NCBI GenBank assembly: GCA_977862235.1
Contig: OZ374557.1
Span: 1,426,001 to 1,490,000 of the forward strand
Reading direction: 5' to 3'
DNA: 64,000 bases
DNA from: Dudresnaya verticillata
Lineage: Eukaryota
Shown: positions 47,802-61,700 of the stretch, piece after piece
Numbering within the stretch: the first letter of the stretch is position 1
Layout: every line of letters begins with the position of its first letter
Notes under the pieces: generated by a model
Database searches by the model: none
The model's input: only the letters and a program-made list of their open reading frames with translations
What the model was told of the DNA's origin: nothing
Made by a program: the position numbers and the translations under genes

Positions 47802-50370
47802 TTTTCCGAGTCGGGGTGCGCCATGAGTGCCTCCTCCACCATATCAGCTGGGGGCTCGCCAACCACACCACCATCGACAGTCAGCACCCGCACTGGGCGT
47901 TGCTGGTAGTTACCCGGTGGACGATTTCCCGTATTGGAGTTGGCGAAGGCCTGCCGCTTGAGGAGGAGCGCCTGATAGTTGCGCTCGCGCTCTTCCATCA
48001 GGGGATCCCTTTCGGTGTCGCTCAGATACGGACAAATAACATGATCCGGGGAGAGGCACAAACGACAGTAGCCGCTTCCATAGCGGCGTCTAACATCCGG
48101 TGAGGTGTGATCCGTATGATCTGCGGCAGGGGATTGTTTTCCAATACGGTGTTCGCCCTGCCCTTGACGGGGAGGCGTGTTGCCGTGGGGGTGTCCAATA
48201 TGGCTGGGATGCTGCCCGGTGGTCCCCTGACGGTGTGTGGCGGGGCCGTAGCGGCTATCAGCCGGTCCGTAGCGGAGTTGCCGGGGTGGTTGCATCCGTG
48301 GCGCTGGTGGGCGTAAGTTGGGAGTCCGAGGCGGGGTAGGGTAGACACTACTCGGTGGGGAAGAGTACGCTCTAGTAAACGTAACCCCCGACGAGGTGCC
48401 GGCGCTTCGACCCGTGCCACCTTCCAGGGCGAGCACGTGCTCCTCCGATTCAGCGGGATACTCCGAGTAGGTGTACTCCGATGGAGAACCAATCGACAGA
48501 ACGCCCGAACGTCGTGACTGACCCTTAGGTTTTCCGTCGAAGACGTGCACCGCTGAGGTTTGGCGTCTGGTTGCCCGATGGGATTCTCCAAGCCCTTTAG
48601 CGTAGCGGGTGATGGCTTGGTAATCCATATGGGGGGTGTTGCCAGATAATTGCGCATCTGCTGACACGTTCCTGGTAGGAATCCTTCCACAAACAGCGAC
48701 TTGAGGGACCTGTCGGAGAATACTGTACCGCATCGGAGTGCCTTAGTCCAAAGTTGGTTGGAGAATTGCTCTTCCGTTAAGGCCGACGTTTGTCGAAACG
48801 ACGTTACGTCCGAATACCCTTCGGCAATCACCTCATCGGTATTATAAGTCCTTAGCAAAACGTTCACCACTTCGGTATAGGTGCGAAGCATCTCTGCTTG
48901 CTCCTCGTCGACCGCCATGGTGCCACCAGCGAGACGGGCCTGAAGCAAAGCTTCGGCCTGTCCACTCAAGAAAAACTGGAAACACCACAGTGCGGTTCCT
49001 TCCGAAATGGAGTTGATGTTACACGCATCCTTGAACTTCGCGAGAAATCCAAGGACCGTGATGGGGTCTGCACCGTTAAAGGAATGGGACTTCATTTGTA
49101 CCTCCAGCTTTTTGCGGATGCTTCCCATATTCTGGAAAAAGCTCGAGCTGTAGTATGAACTCTTTTTATCCAGTCGGTATGTTCGGAAATCCAGCGTCTT
49201 TAGGAACCTGTCGTTCAGGGGCCGGATCACCTTTGGGAGTGGCCTGTCGACCTCTCGGTGTTTGGCGTCGTGTTTTCTGGCCCGACGCCGCTCGTCCCTA
49301 TCCGTATCGGAATAGCTCGTATCAGAGCCGGAGGAATGGGAGGAGTCATGCCCTTTTCGGCGCCTACGGCGCGACTTGCGCTTATTCTCCTTCCTATTGC
49401 GATGTTGGCTATCATCAGATTCCGTACCGGAGTGTTCTTTGTCCCGTCGCGAAGCGCGTTTGCTCCGGTGCGAACGGTCACGTTCCTTATCGGAGTGGGA
49501 GTCCTTGGCCTTTCTGTCAGCACTGTCTCTACCACTCCGGTCTTGGTTTTTCTTGGAGTCACCATCGGGGTGCTCACTGCCTCTACGCGAAGCCACCGGC
49601 ACGGTGATACGTTCCCCCGCAGGCACTTCTGCGGGTCCAGGGACCGTACTCCGATTCGTTTGGGGTTGGTGTGTTGGATCCAATTCGGTGTATTGAGTTT
49701 GGGTAGGTAACCCAGGGGCTGCCGTTGTCCTTACCGGATCGGGCGGAAACACCTGAGTGGGGATTTCTGGCATATATGTCGTTTCTCCCTTGACTGGGAA
49801 GTTATTCCGTATCGGTGTAGGTCCAGAAAAGGGCTGCTCCTTGGGTCCCGGTAGGGGTTGTCCGGGGATGAGCATCTGCTCGATCTCCGACGCCTGACGC
49901 TCCTGACGGATGAGCGTCTGTACCAACTCCGGAAGGTGTTTCTCCAGGTAGGAGCTAACAATGACCGGAACGGTGTCGGCGAGCGTGGTCTCAACCTCCA
50001 TGACCATGTTGGGTTGCACCTCTATACGGAGATGCTCTAACACCCGTGGGATGACCTCCGAAAGTATCCAAAGGACACGATTGGAGTCACCTGGCTTGGA
50101 TACACCCTTACGGGAAGTGTCTGAACTAGGTCGGGATCTAGAGAGCTTACTGGGTACACCTTTAAGGAGTTCTTCGGGGTTCTCCATACCGGGGTTCAGG
50201 TCGGCAGCATCGCCACGGCGTATTCTCGTGGCAGAGGCTACCTCCGGTTCGGTGGAATCACTGCGGCGTGTTCTCGCTGTAGAGAGCACCTCCGGGACGG
50301 TGTTATCGTCACCGCGGCGTGATCTCGCGGTTGAAGGCACCTCACCTTGATCCGATACGGTAGGGTCCAT
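47783..50370 (-). pseudogene. gag: Gag of B2 (one frameshift ~48635)
   Basis: ORFs 48022-50370 and 47783-48733; FNGADPITVLGFL; CRLCLSPDHVICP. Confidence 0.9.
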
Positions 50371-50510
50371 GTGTTCTCCTATTCTTAGGTTACCAAAATG
50401 GAGTCAACGAGTGTTTTGCCTTGTCCTGCCTTTACACTAATACATAGTTGTCACAAAGCTGATCTCCTACCGAAGCGGAGTCCAACGGAGATTCTTTTAC
50501 CTTGACGGTC

Positions 50511-50528
50511 TTCTAGGTCGGGAGACCA
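50511..50528 (-). promoter_or_regulatory. Primer-binding site TGGTCTCCCGACCTAGAA
   Basis: Adjacent to the B2 LTR. Confidence 0.9.
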
Positions 50529-50534
50529 AAAAGA

Positions 50535-51209
50535 TGTGGTGAAGTGAAAGGCACACCTGTAAGGAGAGCTGATCAGGCAATCCCAATAAGGAGTGATCTC
50601 ACACGGCACCGGGGTGGTAGAGCTTAGTTCGTACACCGAAGGGAGTACCTCGAGCGGTAACACCTGTAAGGAGTAAAGGGACGCAACAGACAAAGGGGAC
50701 GGTACAGTGCCAGGACAGCTACACCGGGACGGAGGTAAGAGGAATCCGTGCACGGGGCTGGCGAGGGGAAACCGTAAAGGAGTATAAGGGTAAGGCATAG
50801 GGTAAGTCACTTTGCCCAGGGTTGCGTACCCGTTTACTGTAGGACTCGCGGTGGCCACCCATTGATATACTGGGAGATACGCCCCGCGGTCCGGTCCGCG
50901 TGGGCCAGACCTGAATGGGTCTGGTCCACCAGGTGGGTCCGGCCCTACTGGTCCCGGTCACCGTTGCGGACATGCTCAGCATTCTCATTGGCCGGCTGAC
51001 ACTACGTACTGTACAGCATGATTATAATGACCTAATTACAAATAAATCAACTACTTGGCTTCTATTGGTGGTGCGCGCAGACTCCAGCAGGGCATACAGT
51101 GCTACTTTGTCACTGCACTCCGCTTCGGCTTTTGGCGCCAGCTCACCAGTGCGCCGGGCGCGAGTCGGCTCAACCGTCGTCCGCACTCTGAAACGGCCGC
51201 TTCACCACA
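50535..51209 (-). repeat. 5' LTR of B2 (675 bp)
   Basis: TGTGGTGAAG/CTTCACCACA termini. Confidence 0.95.
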
Positions 51210-53884
51210 TTCCCGAAGACACTCACCCAAGTCCGTTTAGTTCTTCGGCGCGTGTAACGTAGAACGAAGATTCGTGAAAGACTGCGCGAAAAATGCGCGA
51301 CCGTTGACGGACATGGCACGAAAGGACGCTGATCCTGACTACGAGAATCCCACGGAGGATCAAGTTACCGCATTCGAAACGCTCAAACGGAAGCTCGTGT
51401 CACCGCCGATAATCTGGTTACCGAAACTCGGGAAACGTTACATCATCGATACGGACGCGTCTGCGTATCAACTCGGGTTCGCGTTGCTACAGGAGCAAGA
51501 TAAAAAAGAGTTCCAACCGGTGGAATACGGGTCCTATTCGTTTATCGATGCCGAACAGAACTCTCCGCAACCGAACACGAATGATACGCAGTCGTATCGG
51601 CGGTTTCTTCGTTACGTCCGTATATCGAAGGGACCCGGTTCACCGTACGCCCACGATACGCTCCGCCAGCTTCTTCTCTCACGGATTCGTCCGGGCGACT
51701 CACGCGATGGAGGCTGCGATTAGCTGAATTCGACTTCGAAATCGTGTATCGCCCCGGTCGCGTCCACCAGATTCCCGATGCCCTCTCGAGGTTGCTACTT
51801 CCGCATCGCGAACAACCCGCAATCGAAGACGAAGGGCCTACGTTTGACTCGGATCAAAACGCAGCAAAGAATGAAGACTGTTTCCGAAACGACATTACGA
51901 AAACTATCGAAAATGAAAGAGACCCGGTTCTTATCACTACGAGATCTCGCAAACGTCAATCGAAAGTCACTGCGATTCGCCACGACTCCACCCGGACGAC
52001 TACGCCCGCAAAACTGGTAATTCGAGCAGGCACTACGAAAAGACCCACGGAGGTCCCGAAAGATTACGAAGCTCACCATCCTAAGGGCCACGAAGGCTGC
52101 GCCCACGCACACGACGAATCACTACGTGATGAATACGAAGGAAAAACCGATTTCTACGATGACTGCGATTTATGGGACGATATCGATGACGATGATCCGT
52201 TTGACCTTTATCGAATCGACCCTAACGAGGAACCGCGTGATCCAACCTATATCAAGCCCGTAGACCTACCCGCACCGATTACCATATCCGAAATCCTAGA
52301 GGGACAACGCATTGATTCGTTCTGACAAGCGGTGCAAGCAAAACCGCGTGATCTAACCTATATCAAGCCCGTAGACCTACCCGCACCGATTACCATATCC
52401 GAAATCCTAGAGGGACAACGCATTGATTCGTTCTGACAAGCGGTGCAAGCACGACAATCGAAAACGAAGGATAGAATCTCCGACAAAGATGGAGACGATC
52501 TCCTGCGACAAACGCATCCGACAGGTCCGAAGTTAACGCAAATCGTATTGCCCGAAACGCTCCGACCCCGGTTTCTTATGCTCGCGCATCATTCGTTACT
52601 CGCTGGCCACCCGGGGCTGAATAGCATGTTCTACTCACTTCATGAAACGTATTACTGTACTTATATGGCTGCCGATATCGCATCTACGGCTTGAAGTTGC
52701 AAGCACTGCGCGAGAAATCGGATTCGCTTACGAAGGAACCTTCATCACTTGAAGCTCTTCCCCGACACGCGCCCACTCGAATCGGTCGCGATTGACATCT
52801 TAGGCCCGTTGTCACGAACGAAATCCGGACGCAAGTTCATCCTCATGATTACGGATCGATTTACGAAGTTGGCCCAGGTGGCCACACTACGCGTCATAAC
52901 CGCGCATCACGCCACAGTTGCGTTTTGCGGAGTTTGGATCTTCAAGTACGGACCTCCAGCCTCGGTGCTCTCGGATAACAAAAAAATTTACTTCGAAGTT
53001 CATTCAGGGCGTCTGCCGACTACTTGGGTTATCGAACGTGTTCACCTCCGCATATCATCCGCAAACGAAGAGATGAACCGAACGATATAACAGGACTATC
53101 CTCGCGATGCTTCGTAACTATGTGAACGACCATCAAAATGAGGGACCGTTATGTCTCCGCGTGAACGTATTCATACAATTGCCACGTTCATCGGTCTACA
53201 AAGACAACTCCGTTCAATCTCGTTATATCGCGACCGCCGGCCGAATTCACCGCCGAGCATCGTTCCCGGAAGCACCGACCGAAACACATGGAGGAAATTC
53301 GCAACGATTTAATTATGCGACTCGATTTCGCAATCAACTCCGCACGAACTTCGTTACAACGCGTGCAAAACCGGTACAAGCGCGACTTCGATAAGCGTAT
53401 CCGACGCACGAACAGCCGCGTCAAACCCGGAGACTACGTGTTCCTCGATACCAACGATGGGAAAACGAAACTTCCGAAGTTGAAATCCGTCACGAAGGGG
53501 CCGTACAAAGTGCTCTTCAACGATACGCGTGCACTCGTGATCGATCACAAGGGCTTCGTTAAACCCGTCTCCGCGGACCGCTGTATCGACGGACCACCAC
53601 CTAAGAATTCGAGACTGTCGATTACGCGACCCGAAGACATTGCGGAAAAGGTCAACGAAGGCCCCGAGTACTTGGCAGATCGTATTCTCGATCACTCGAC
53701 ACACGAAGACGGGAAATTCGTGTTTCGTATCAAGTGGGATGGCTACGCGACGGCTACGTGGGAAGCTCGTACGCACGTGCCGGAAGAACTCGTTTCGCGC
53801 TACTTCGAAAGGCTTCGAAGCCAAGCGAATCCGCGCAAACCTGTGCTAATCGCCCACGAATGGCTCTTGTATTGGGGCCACTAG
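51210..53884 (+). pseudogene. pol: Pol fragment of Gypsy family C (RT end, RNase H, integrase, chromodomain)
   Basis: DTDASAYQLG, GHPG, DILGPL, YLADRILDH...FRIKWDGY...TWE. Confidence 0.9.
52231..52451 (+). repeat. 111-bp-period tandem duplication
   Basis: 52231-52340 equals 52342-52451 with one visible mismatch. Confidence 0.95.
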
Positions 53885-55134
53885 TGGTTCCGTGGCCCGG
53901 ACTTCGTGATACGCAATCCGCAGCACGAATAACGCCTACGCCCACTCGAGTTGCGCGGCACCCGAAGCTCATCACACGGACGGCCCCGGCGGCGCCCTAC
54001 TACGTTCTTGCATCACGTGCTGACTGCGAAAGTGCTCATTCCGATTTCCCGGAGCATACGGTTGCACAGTGCCGCTACGCGCCCCTCGTCGCACCACTTC
54101 GTGATACCCGTCTCCATATTTCACAACACGCTTTCTTCGCGCCCTATACCTGCCCCGACGCACATGGTTGCCTCGGTGCAGACGGTTGTCATCCATATCA
54201 CGCTGCGCAATTTCGGTTGCACGCGACACACGACAACGAAGCCCTCGGCGGCAACATGAAGGCCTTCCCGCACCATCGAATTCGTTCGCCAAGACGAGAT
54301 GACGACGTTGCTCACCACGAAGTCGACTTCGACACAGCAAACTTCGTGATCGCCGTTTTCGTTAGCTCGACCCGCACCGGATTGCCCCGAAGCAGAAGCG
54401 TTCGTCGCGATACTCCACGTCTCACGTTGCGCAACTTCGTGACTCGAAACGCTTTTCTCTGGCCGCTCACCGCACGACACCGAGGCCCTCGGAGACAACA
54501 CGCCACCCGCAGCCCCATAAGCATCAACGGATTCGCTCACCACGACGCCACCACGGAGTTGCGCTTCACGACGTCGGGCGGTATCGACCACCACCGCCCC
54601 AGCGCAGTACCCCTCGTGATATTCGCAATGGCGCACCGCGCGCACCCGGTTGCACCGCGCCACTCTCATTACAGGGGCTGACACCGCGACGGACGGACAC
54701 GGTGCACTATACGTAACTTATCATCCGCGCCTGACGTCATACTTCGAGGCCGATGCCACCCGCAAGACGCACTCCGCAGTCGCAACCCGCGCATCACGCC
54801 CACCTCGCTTGCCTCAGAGCAGCGCACGTGCCGCCTCATCCCCTTTGCCGGAGCACCGGAGCCCCCCCACTTTTCGCCGCACGATGCACCTTCGAAACGA
54901 CCACGGAGACCTCGTTTGTTCGACGCGCGCAATGCTCTCGCCTGGCCTCGGCGCCTCGGTATGCATACGTTCGGCCGCACCGATGCACATAGGCAGCAAC
55001 TCGCCAACTAAAGCCCCGGAGCTCACACGACTTGCTCGACGCAGTCCTCGAGACCCTTATGCAGCTCTCCGACGATCCCGCAGGCACGCAGTAACTCTCT
55101 TACCGTCGGCGCGGACGCCTTCGTCTGAGGAGGG

Positions 55135-56020
55135 TGTGGTGCAAGGGGGGTGAGCCCCTTTTTCGCTGAAAGCGGAGCGACAAATACGTCGACCGACAGA
55201 GAAACCGCCACTGGCGCTCACCGCCGCCGTTGACGCACGAACACGTCATCGACGGCTCACTGGGGCGCACACACACGTTGCGCCGCGCGTCATGCGGGCA
55301 CTGTACGGTGATGGGCCGATATGGTGCCCCGGGGTACTGTAACACGGATCTAGATGCGATCCGGATCCGGTATCCGGATTGGCTATCTGGATCACCTACG
55401 CTGTAATGTACACGCCTGTAAGGCTGCGAGTGTTCGCATTGCTGGCCCGGATCGGGATTGGGATCAGGATCGGACAAGTATTGGATTAGATCAAGGGCGC
55501 ACGCTCTACAGTACGCGCGCGCGCACGGCTGTAAGGCGCACGCGTCCACGTGTGTGTGTAAGCGCCCACACAGGGGGTTGCACGGCAACCTGTCAGGCGC
55601 GCGGCTGCATACGATGGGCAATCTGTCAGAGGCGCCTCGGGACGACACGTGTCCCGAGTTCCCGCGCTGCGCACCCGCGCCGCCGCCGCCACACCGTCGT
55701 GCTATACTTAGGTAAGCCGTCCCAGACGTAGCAGTAAACGCCCGGGCAAGCAGGCCTTGGTCCAGACTTCCCCGTTCCGCACGCTCGTATCCTTCGCTAC
55801 CGCTGCCCACGGCCTAAGCGTCTACCTCCCGTGCTTCCACATCCATTACCGTCGCAGACGTGTCTTCCTTTGGGTTTCCTTTGTTCCCCTTTCTTCTGCC
55901 TTGGGCGTTTACGGTCCGCCCCTGGCCTGTTCTAAGCTCTACCACCTACCGTCTCTAGGCGTGCTACCCACCGGACTCCCGAACGGTCCGGAGGTGCCCG
56001 TCAACAACGTTTGCACCACA
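55135..56020 (+). repeat. LTR (886 bp) positioned as 3' LTR of C and 5' LTR of D
   Basis: TGTGGTGCAA/TTGCACCACA termini; purine tract GAGGAGGG before it and PBS after it. Confidence 0.93.
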
Positions 56021-56022
56021 TC

Positions 56023-56040
56023 TGGTCTCCTGACCTAGAA
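56023..56040 (+). promoter_or_regulatory. Primer-binding site TGGTCTCCTGACCTAGAA
   Basis: 2 nt after the LTR end. Confidence 0.9.
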
Positions 56041-56146
56041 GGGTTCTACGTTACAACGGGTTCTACCGTCGCGTGACGTCCGACAACCCGTCGTCTGACG
56101 TTGCCGCTAATCTTCCGCGACGTTTAAGCAGATCTACGATTGTTTA

Positions 56147-58704
56147 ATGGCCTCTAGACCACCGACGGTCCGAGGCCCAAGTTCAAGACGACCGTCATCG
56201 ACGCCTGGACATTCCCGTGTCGGGGCGGTCGCACCCACCGATGACAACAAGATCTGGGCGCCTCGTGAGCCCGGAGATCGCGTCGGCCTTCCCGACGCCA
56301 CCCCCGGGCCGCGGCCACGCAGGCTCCCACGCGTCTCTTAACGGAGGAGAGTTACCTCCCCCGCCGACGTGCATTCCTGTTGCCGTCCGCACCTCAGTCC
56401 CCGAGGGATCGGCCCTCCGCACCTACCGCTCCTACGTTGACTCGCCTGATACTGTACAAGCCGAGCAACAGCGCGTCGTAGACGGAAGCCAAGCCGACAT
56501 CGTCGAGGAACAACCGGAACTTCCGGACCAACCATCCATCCACGTCAGCAACGATCAGGAGCACTCCGCGGAGCGCAACGTCGCTGACGACCCACTGACA
56601 CCTGCGACATGCTTCCCCACTCCCCACGGCAGTGACGGTTGCTCACCGGCTAAGCCGAATTCGCGAAGCCAAAGGGCTGCAGGAAGGCCAACCGGTCAAC
56701 CCCCGAAAGCCATCCGCCAACGGCGTCACCCTCGGCCGTCCGTGTGAGTAACTTAATGATACCACGCGAACGGATCCGAGAGGTATGCGTCTTGGAAGAC
56801 GATGCTTTGCTCGCTAGGTTCGCCAGTTTGCTATACGAAAGTGTCGGAGGAATCGCAAGTCGTCTACAGACGTTGGAAAAGATCGGGACGGGGCCCTACA
56901 AGGGCTTCGCTCCGCTCTCGACCGTCTTTTGACGAACCAAAACGCCCATGGCGAGGGTATCCAACCACTGCCGGCAGTAACGGTCCATTCGCACTCTGAG
57001 CTTAGCTCACGCGAACGCTTTCAGCGACTGGCCACCCACTTAGAGCGTCTTGAAACCGCCAAGTGGCGCAACAGTCCACCGTCGGGCAACTAGAGCTCGT
57101 GCGAAGACCGTCACAGACGCCAGAATCGGAAGAGACGCCGCCGCAAGCTGCGTCATAGACGGAAGAAGAACCGTCATCGACTTGGGGATTTATGCTCGTC
57201 CTCTTCGGACTCATCAAGTGACGGAGAGTCATCCGACTCTTCGTCTGAAGACGACGACTTCCAAGCTCTCGGCAGTGCCGCAAGACCTCGCGGAAGCGGT
57301 TCAAGGGGTTAAAGGAACTACGCCCTTCCAACCCCCTTTTCGATCAGCTACTATCGTATAGGACTTAAACGTCTCCAAGACATAGGGCAGAAACGCTCAG
57401 GGCGCGCCACGGGTAAGGTCAAGGACCATATTGAGCGCCTGGAGCTGACCATGAAGGACGCCGCTTTCAACGGCAGCGACCCCTTCATGGCCCTGGAGTT
57501 CCTAACGCGATTCTTGGATGAGGCCGATACGCTGGAAATGAGCGAAGCCAAAGCGTTTGTTGCACTGCCGTACTTCCTGCGAGGTACGGCAGCCACGCAA
57601 TTCCGCTCCGTCAAGTCGACGTCTTCACGCCATCGCGGCGGGGTTTCCTCGTATCCGGAGGCGGTACAGTACCTCCTCCACACGTATGCTATGCCAGAGG
57701 CGATCAGGGACGCTGTCCTCGCCCTATGGTAGACCATCCAGAAGCAAGGTGAGGACGAGACGACCTATGGGATGCGGCTAGCAGGTGCTTGTATCCGTTG
57801 CGGTAACGTATATCCCGATTGGGAAAAGATGACGCTGTACATCGACGGGTTGGACCCATCGATCAGGTCCCTGTTCGCCCGCTTCCGAGAAGAAACGCCA
57901 AGGGCGAAATTTTCATTTGAACGGCTGGTCCACTTCGCGCAGGCTGAAGGAGACGCCAACCGCGCACTACACGGCAGGGCCGGCTCCGCGTCAGCACTAC
58001 GTGACGTACTGGCACCGGCTCAAGCCGCACGCGCGTCGCGGCCCGCCATCGGCGATTCCCGGGGTGTACTGAGTCCACAGACGAGAGGCGCAACGCCTGG
58101 AGCTCGCGTTATGATAGCGGAGTCCTCCATCGAGTTCCGAGACGTTAGCCGCCCTGTCGATGACATGGAAACACACGCTGATGGCGATCTATACTTGGCA
58201 GACGGGCAAGCGTCGGTGCCAACTTTGGCTCTATCGACGGACAGCTACGTCGAGGACGAAGAAACAAGGGGCATGGACCACGCTTTCGCCTTTGGGCGTT
58301 CGATCGTACTCGCGCCACGCGTTCCATATTCCTAGTACGCCCCACATGTTCACCGGGCAAGACCCGGATGGCAGGACAGAGGTCCCCCCCGTCAAGACGC
58401 GCGTCGGCAGCTGGTATGCCACCAATGTTACGCTCGCGGGCATATCGCGCCGGACTGGTTCATCCGCACGAGCGACTTCATCAGGGTTATTACCAACTAT
58501 GAAGGACTAGCCAATTCCGAGAAGGCTGGTGTCCCCGCTGATGTGTATGTCCGTTGCAAGGAACGCGCGACCCGCAACGCTGCCCGCCGTGCTGCATGAC
58601 CGCAATCGCCACAAGGCGGACCCATGCCGCACGCGACAGAACGTCATCTGACGATGATCAATCACTATGTAGCGCCACAACCACCACCGCAGGCGAAAAA
58701 CTAA
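56147..58704 (+). pseudogene. gag: Gag of Gypsy family D, degraded
   Basis: FNGSDPFMALEFL...YPEAVQYLLHTY; ends G AAA AAC TAA at 58695-58704. Confidence 0.8.
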
Positions 58705-61700
58705 CTCGGACACCGAATCCTGACACTGGGGTGTCGCACCGTGAAGAGAGGCCTAGAACGCGGGTGCTGACACGGAAGGAGGGCCCAAAGTTAGTTACTG
58801 ATGACGCCAGCGGCCGGATAGAGTCGTCACAGACGTCATTAAAACGCCCATGGCGAAGGTACCAGCCCCCTAGGCGCGGGGACACTTGTTCGTAATGGCC
58901 AAGAGGAACTACAAGGTGTACACCGACTTAGGCGCAACCGTTAGTACCTTGGCACGCAAACGCACTGTCCTCGACACGGGGGCTGGTCTGAATTTCATTG
59001 GCATTGACGACACTCCGCTAGAAGCACGCATCGTGGCAAAGAGCCTCCCCGTCATAGCCGACGCCAACAATAAGTCGATCCAGACAAGAGGCACCATCGA
59101 CCTGGTCGTTCGTCTGGGACGGCGAGTCGTCAAGTTGGAACTGATCGTTTGCGAACGGCTCGCTGCGCCGGTTATACGCGGTTGCGACTTATGCGACCGC
59201 TTTGTCGAAGCGATTTATCCGCGAAGTCGCGAGGTCGAATTAGACGACGGGACTCGTGTCCCTATAACGCGCCGCCCCCTGCGCCGACCCCCGTCGTATC
59301 CTCCGTTGCCAACGGAGCAGGAATACGGCAAAGCCGAAGGAAGGACGTCGCCCAAGATACGGGTAACAGAGCGTGCGATCATCCCGTGTAAGGCGCAGCA
59401 ATGGGTATCGGTGACCACCGAGCGCGCCAGTGTCATTACAATTCAACCGTTCGGAACGCTGTACGACATACAAGGTCTGGCCATTACGAACGGGATTGCT
59501 CAAGTGGAGCCGCTAAAAGCGTTTCGCATTTTGGTTGCCAACTTCTCTCCCCACCCGCAGGCGCTGGTCAAGGGCCAAGTCGTCGCGACGGCGTTACCGA
59601 ATCCGACAGCAGTGTTCCCCAGTCACGTAAGTCTAGCCGATGTTTTGGGCCTGACCGAGTCACAGGCCGAGGAGGAGAAGGCAAACCAAGATTTCCGTTT
59701 TCAAACGAACGATGATATTACGGCACAACCGGGTACTTTCACGAAGTCTATCGAGACAACCACTGCCAAACCTCCGTCAGTAGACGATTTGGACCCGGGA
59801 CATCTCCCCGCCGAGCATCAAGGCCGGCTTAGGGAGATTTTACGCAAGTATTCATCTATGTGGGACGGTTCGTTGGGAGAAAGCCAAACCACGGAGCACT
59901 ACATCGACTTGCTCCCCGGCTCTAGACCGATATCGTCCCCGCCTTACCGGGCGGGCCGAAGTAAAGACAACTCGCTCAAGCGGAAGTGGACCGCATGCTG
60001 CGTCAAGGGTTCATTGAACCCACACAATCGCCGTTGGCTTTACCCTTGGTCTTCGCCCCCAAGAAGGACGGGACCCTCCGCTTTTGCGTAGACTACCGCC
60101 GTTTAAACGCAGTAACCATACGGGTTACGTACCCGCTTCCGCGTATTGACGAGTGCATTGACAGTCTAGGGGAGGCAAACGTCTTCAACACCCTAGACTA
60201 TAACAGTGGATACTAGCAGGTGCCGATCCATCTGCGAGACCGCGATAAGACTGCGTTTACGTGCCACACCGGACTGTTCCGCTATAAGCGTATGCCTTTC
60301 GGCCTCACGAACGCACCCGATACGTTTCAACGAACGCTTGACATACTGCTCGCTGGTTACAAGTGGCGTTCATGCCTCGTCTACTTCGACGACGTAATAA
60401 TCTTCTCCAGCGACATCGACAGACACTTCCGTCATGTTGACGAGATCCTTTCAACCCTGCATCGGGCCGGGGTGACTTTGAAGTTAACCAAGTGTGACTT
60501 CTTCACCCCGACCATCAACTACTTGGGTCACGTAATACGTCCAGGACGATTAGAAGTAGACCGGACGGTCACAGCCGCGCTACACGAAGCTAAGCATCCT
60601 CAGGATCAGAAGGAACTACGGAGATTTCTCGGATTGTGCAACGTCTATAGACGGTTCATGTCAAGATACGCGCATATCGTTGCCCCCCTCAACACGTTGC
60701 TGAGGAAGGAACAAGACTTTCGGTTACAACCGTTCAATGAAACACAATCCAAAGCGTTCAGTTCCCTCCTCGAGACTGTGACCCATCTGCCTATACGGGC
60801 GCTACCACAGCAGGGTCTCCCCTATTCCGTCGATTGTGACACAAGCGAGTATCAAGTCGGCTGCCCTCTCTTTCAAACGCAGCCCGACGGAGAGCGGAAG
60901 CCACTCGGCTTTTGGTCTCGCTCGCTCACCGCTCCAGAGCGTAACTACTCGGTCTCCGAAAAGGAGTGCCTCGCAGTAGTATGGTCCGTCATGACGCTGC
61001 GACTTTACCTCGAGATGGAGTCATTCACCGTTCATACGGACCATTTGTCATTGAGTTGGCTGATGGAAATGAGCGACCCTTCTGGACGGTTAATGCGGTG
61101 GGGACTTCGCCTTTCCGAGTTCGATTTCGTCGTGAAATACAAAAAGGGGTACCTGAATACTCAGGCAGATGCCCTTTCGCGTCTACAGACGAAGGGGGAA
61201 ACAGTCGAACCAATTGACGATGATATACCATGCTATCACGGAAGCTACGTCGAAGACGGACATCAAACGTCTCAAGACGATCTGTCAGACTCCGAAGTTG
61301 AGGTCGACTTCTCCGAACGAGAGTTCGAAGAGTTCGACCAAGTGTTGATCAACAACACGCCACCGGCGGATGAGGTACTCCTTCGTCAAGTGACGCATGA
61401 ATAATTGGTACACGCCCAAGGCGATGAAAAATACTGTAACGATGTCAAGAAACGTCTGGATGACGGTATCATCTTACCGTTCGCAACGGATGAACAGGGC
61501 CTATTGGTCCGAACAGTGGAAGTCCGCCCGCAAGTAGTCGTACCCTCCGCGTTAAGCGCTCGCTTACTCCACCTCCGGCACCACGCCAAGTTGGCAGGGC
61601 ACCCAGGGGGCGTAAGTTATATCATACGCTTCCACGCGAATACTATTGGCCATCGATGCCAGTTGACTGCTATGCGACCGTCCGCAACTGTGGAACCTGC

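Larger units (their letters stand above)
45361..51209 (-). mobile_element. Family B copy B2, inverted, truncated at the end of RNase H
   Basis: Reverse-complement homologue of 33764-39599. Confidence 0.95.

Noticed and set aside
33759..51214. B1 and B2 as a single composite transposon
   Set aside because: Outer flanks GACTT and TTCCC are not a duplication
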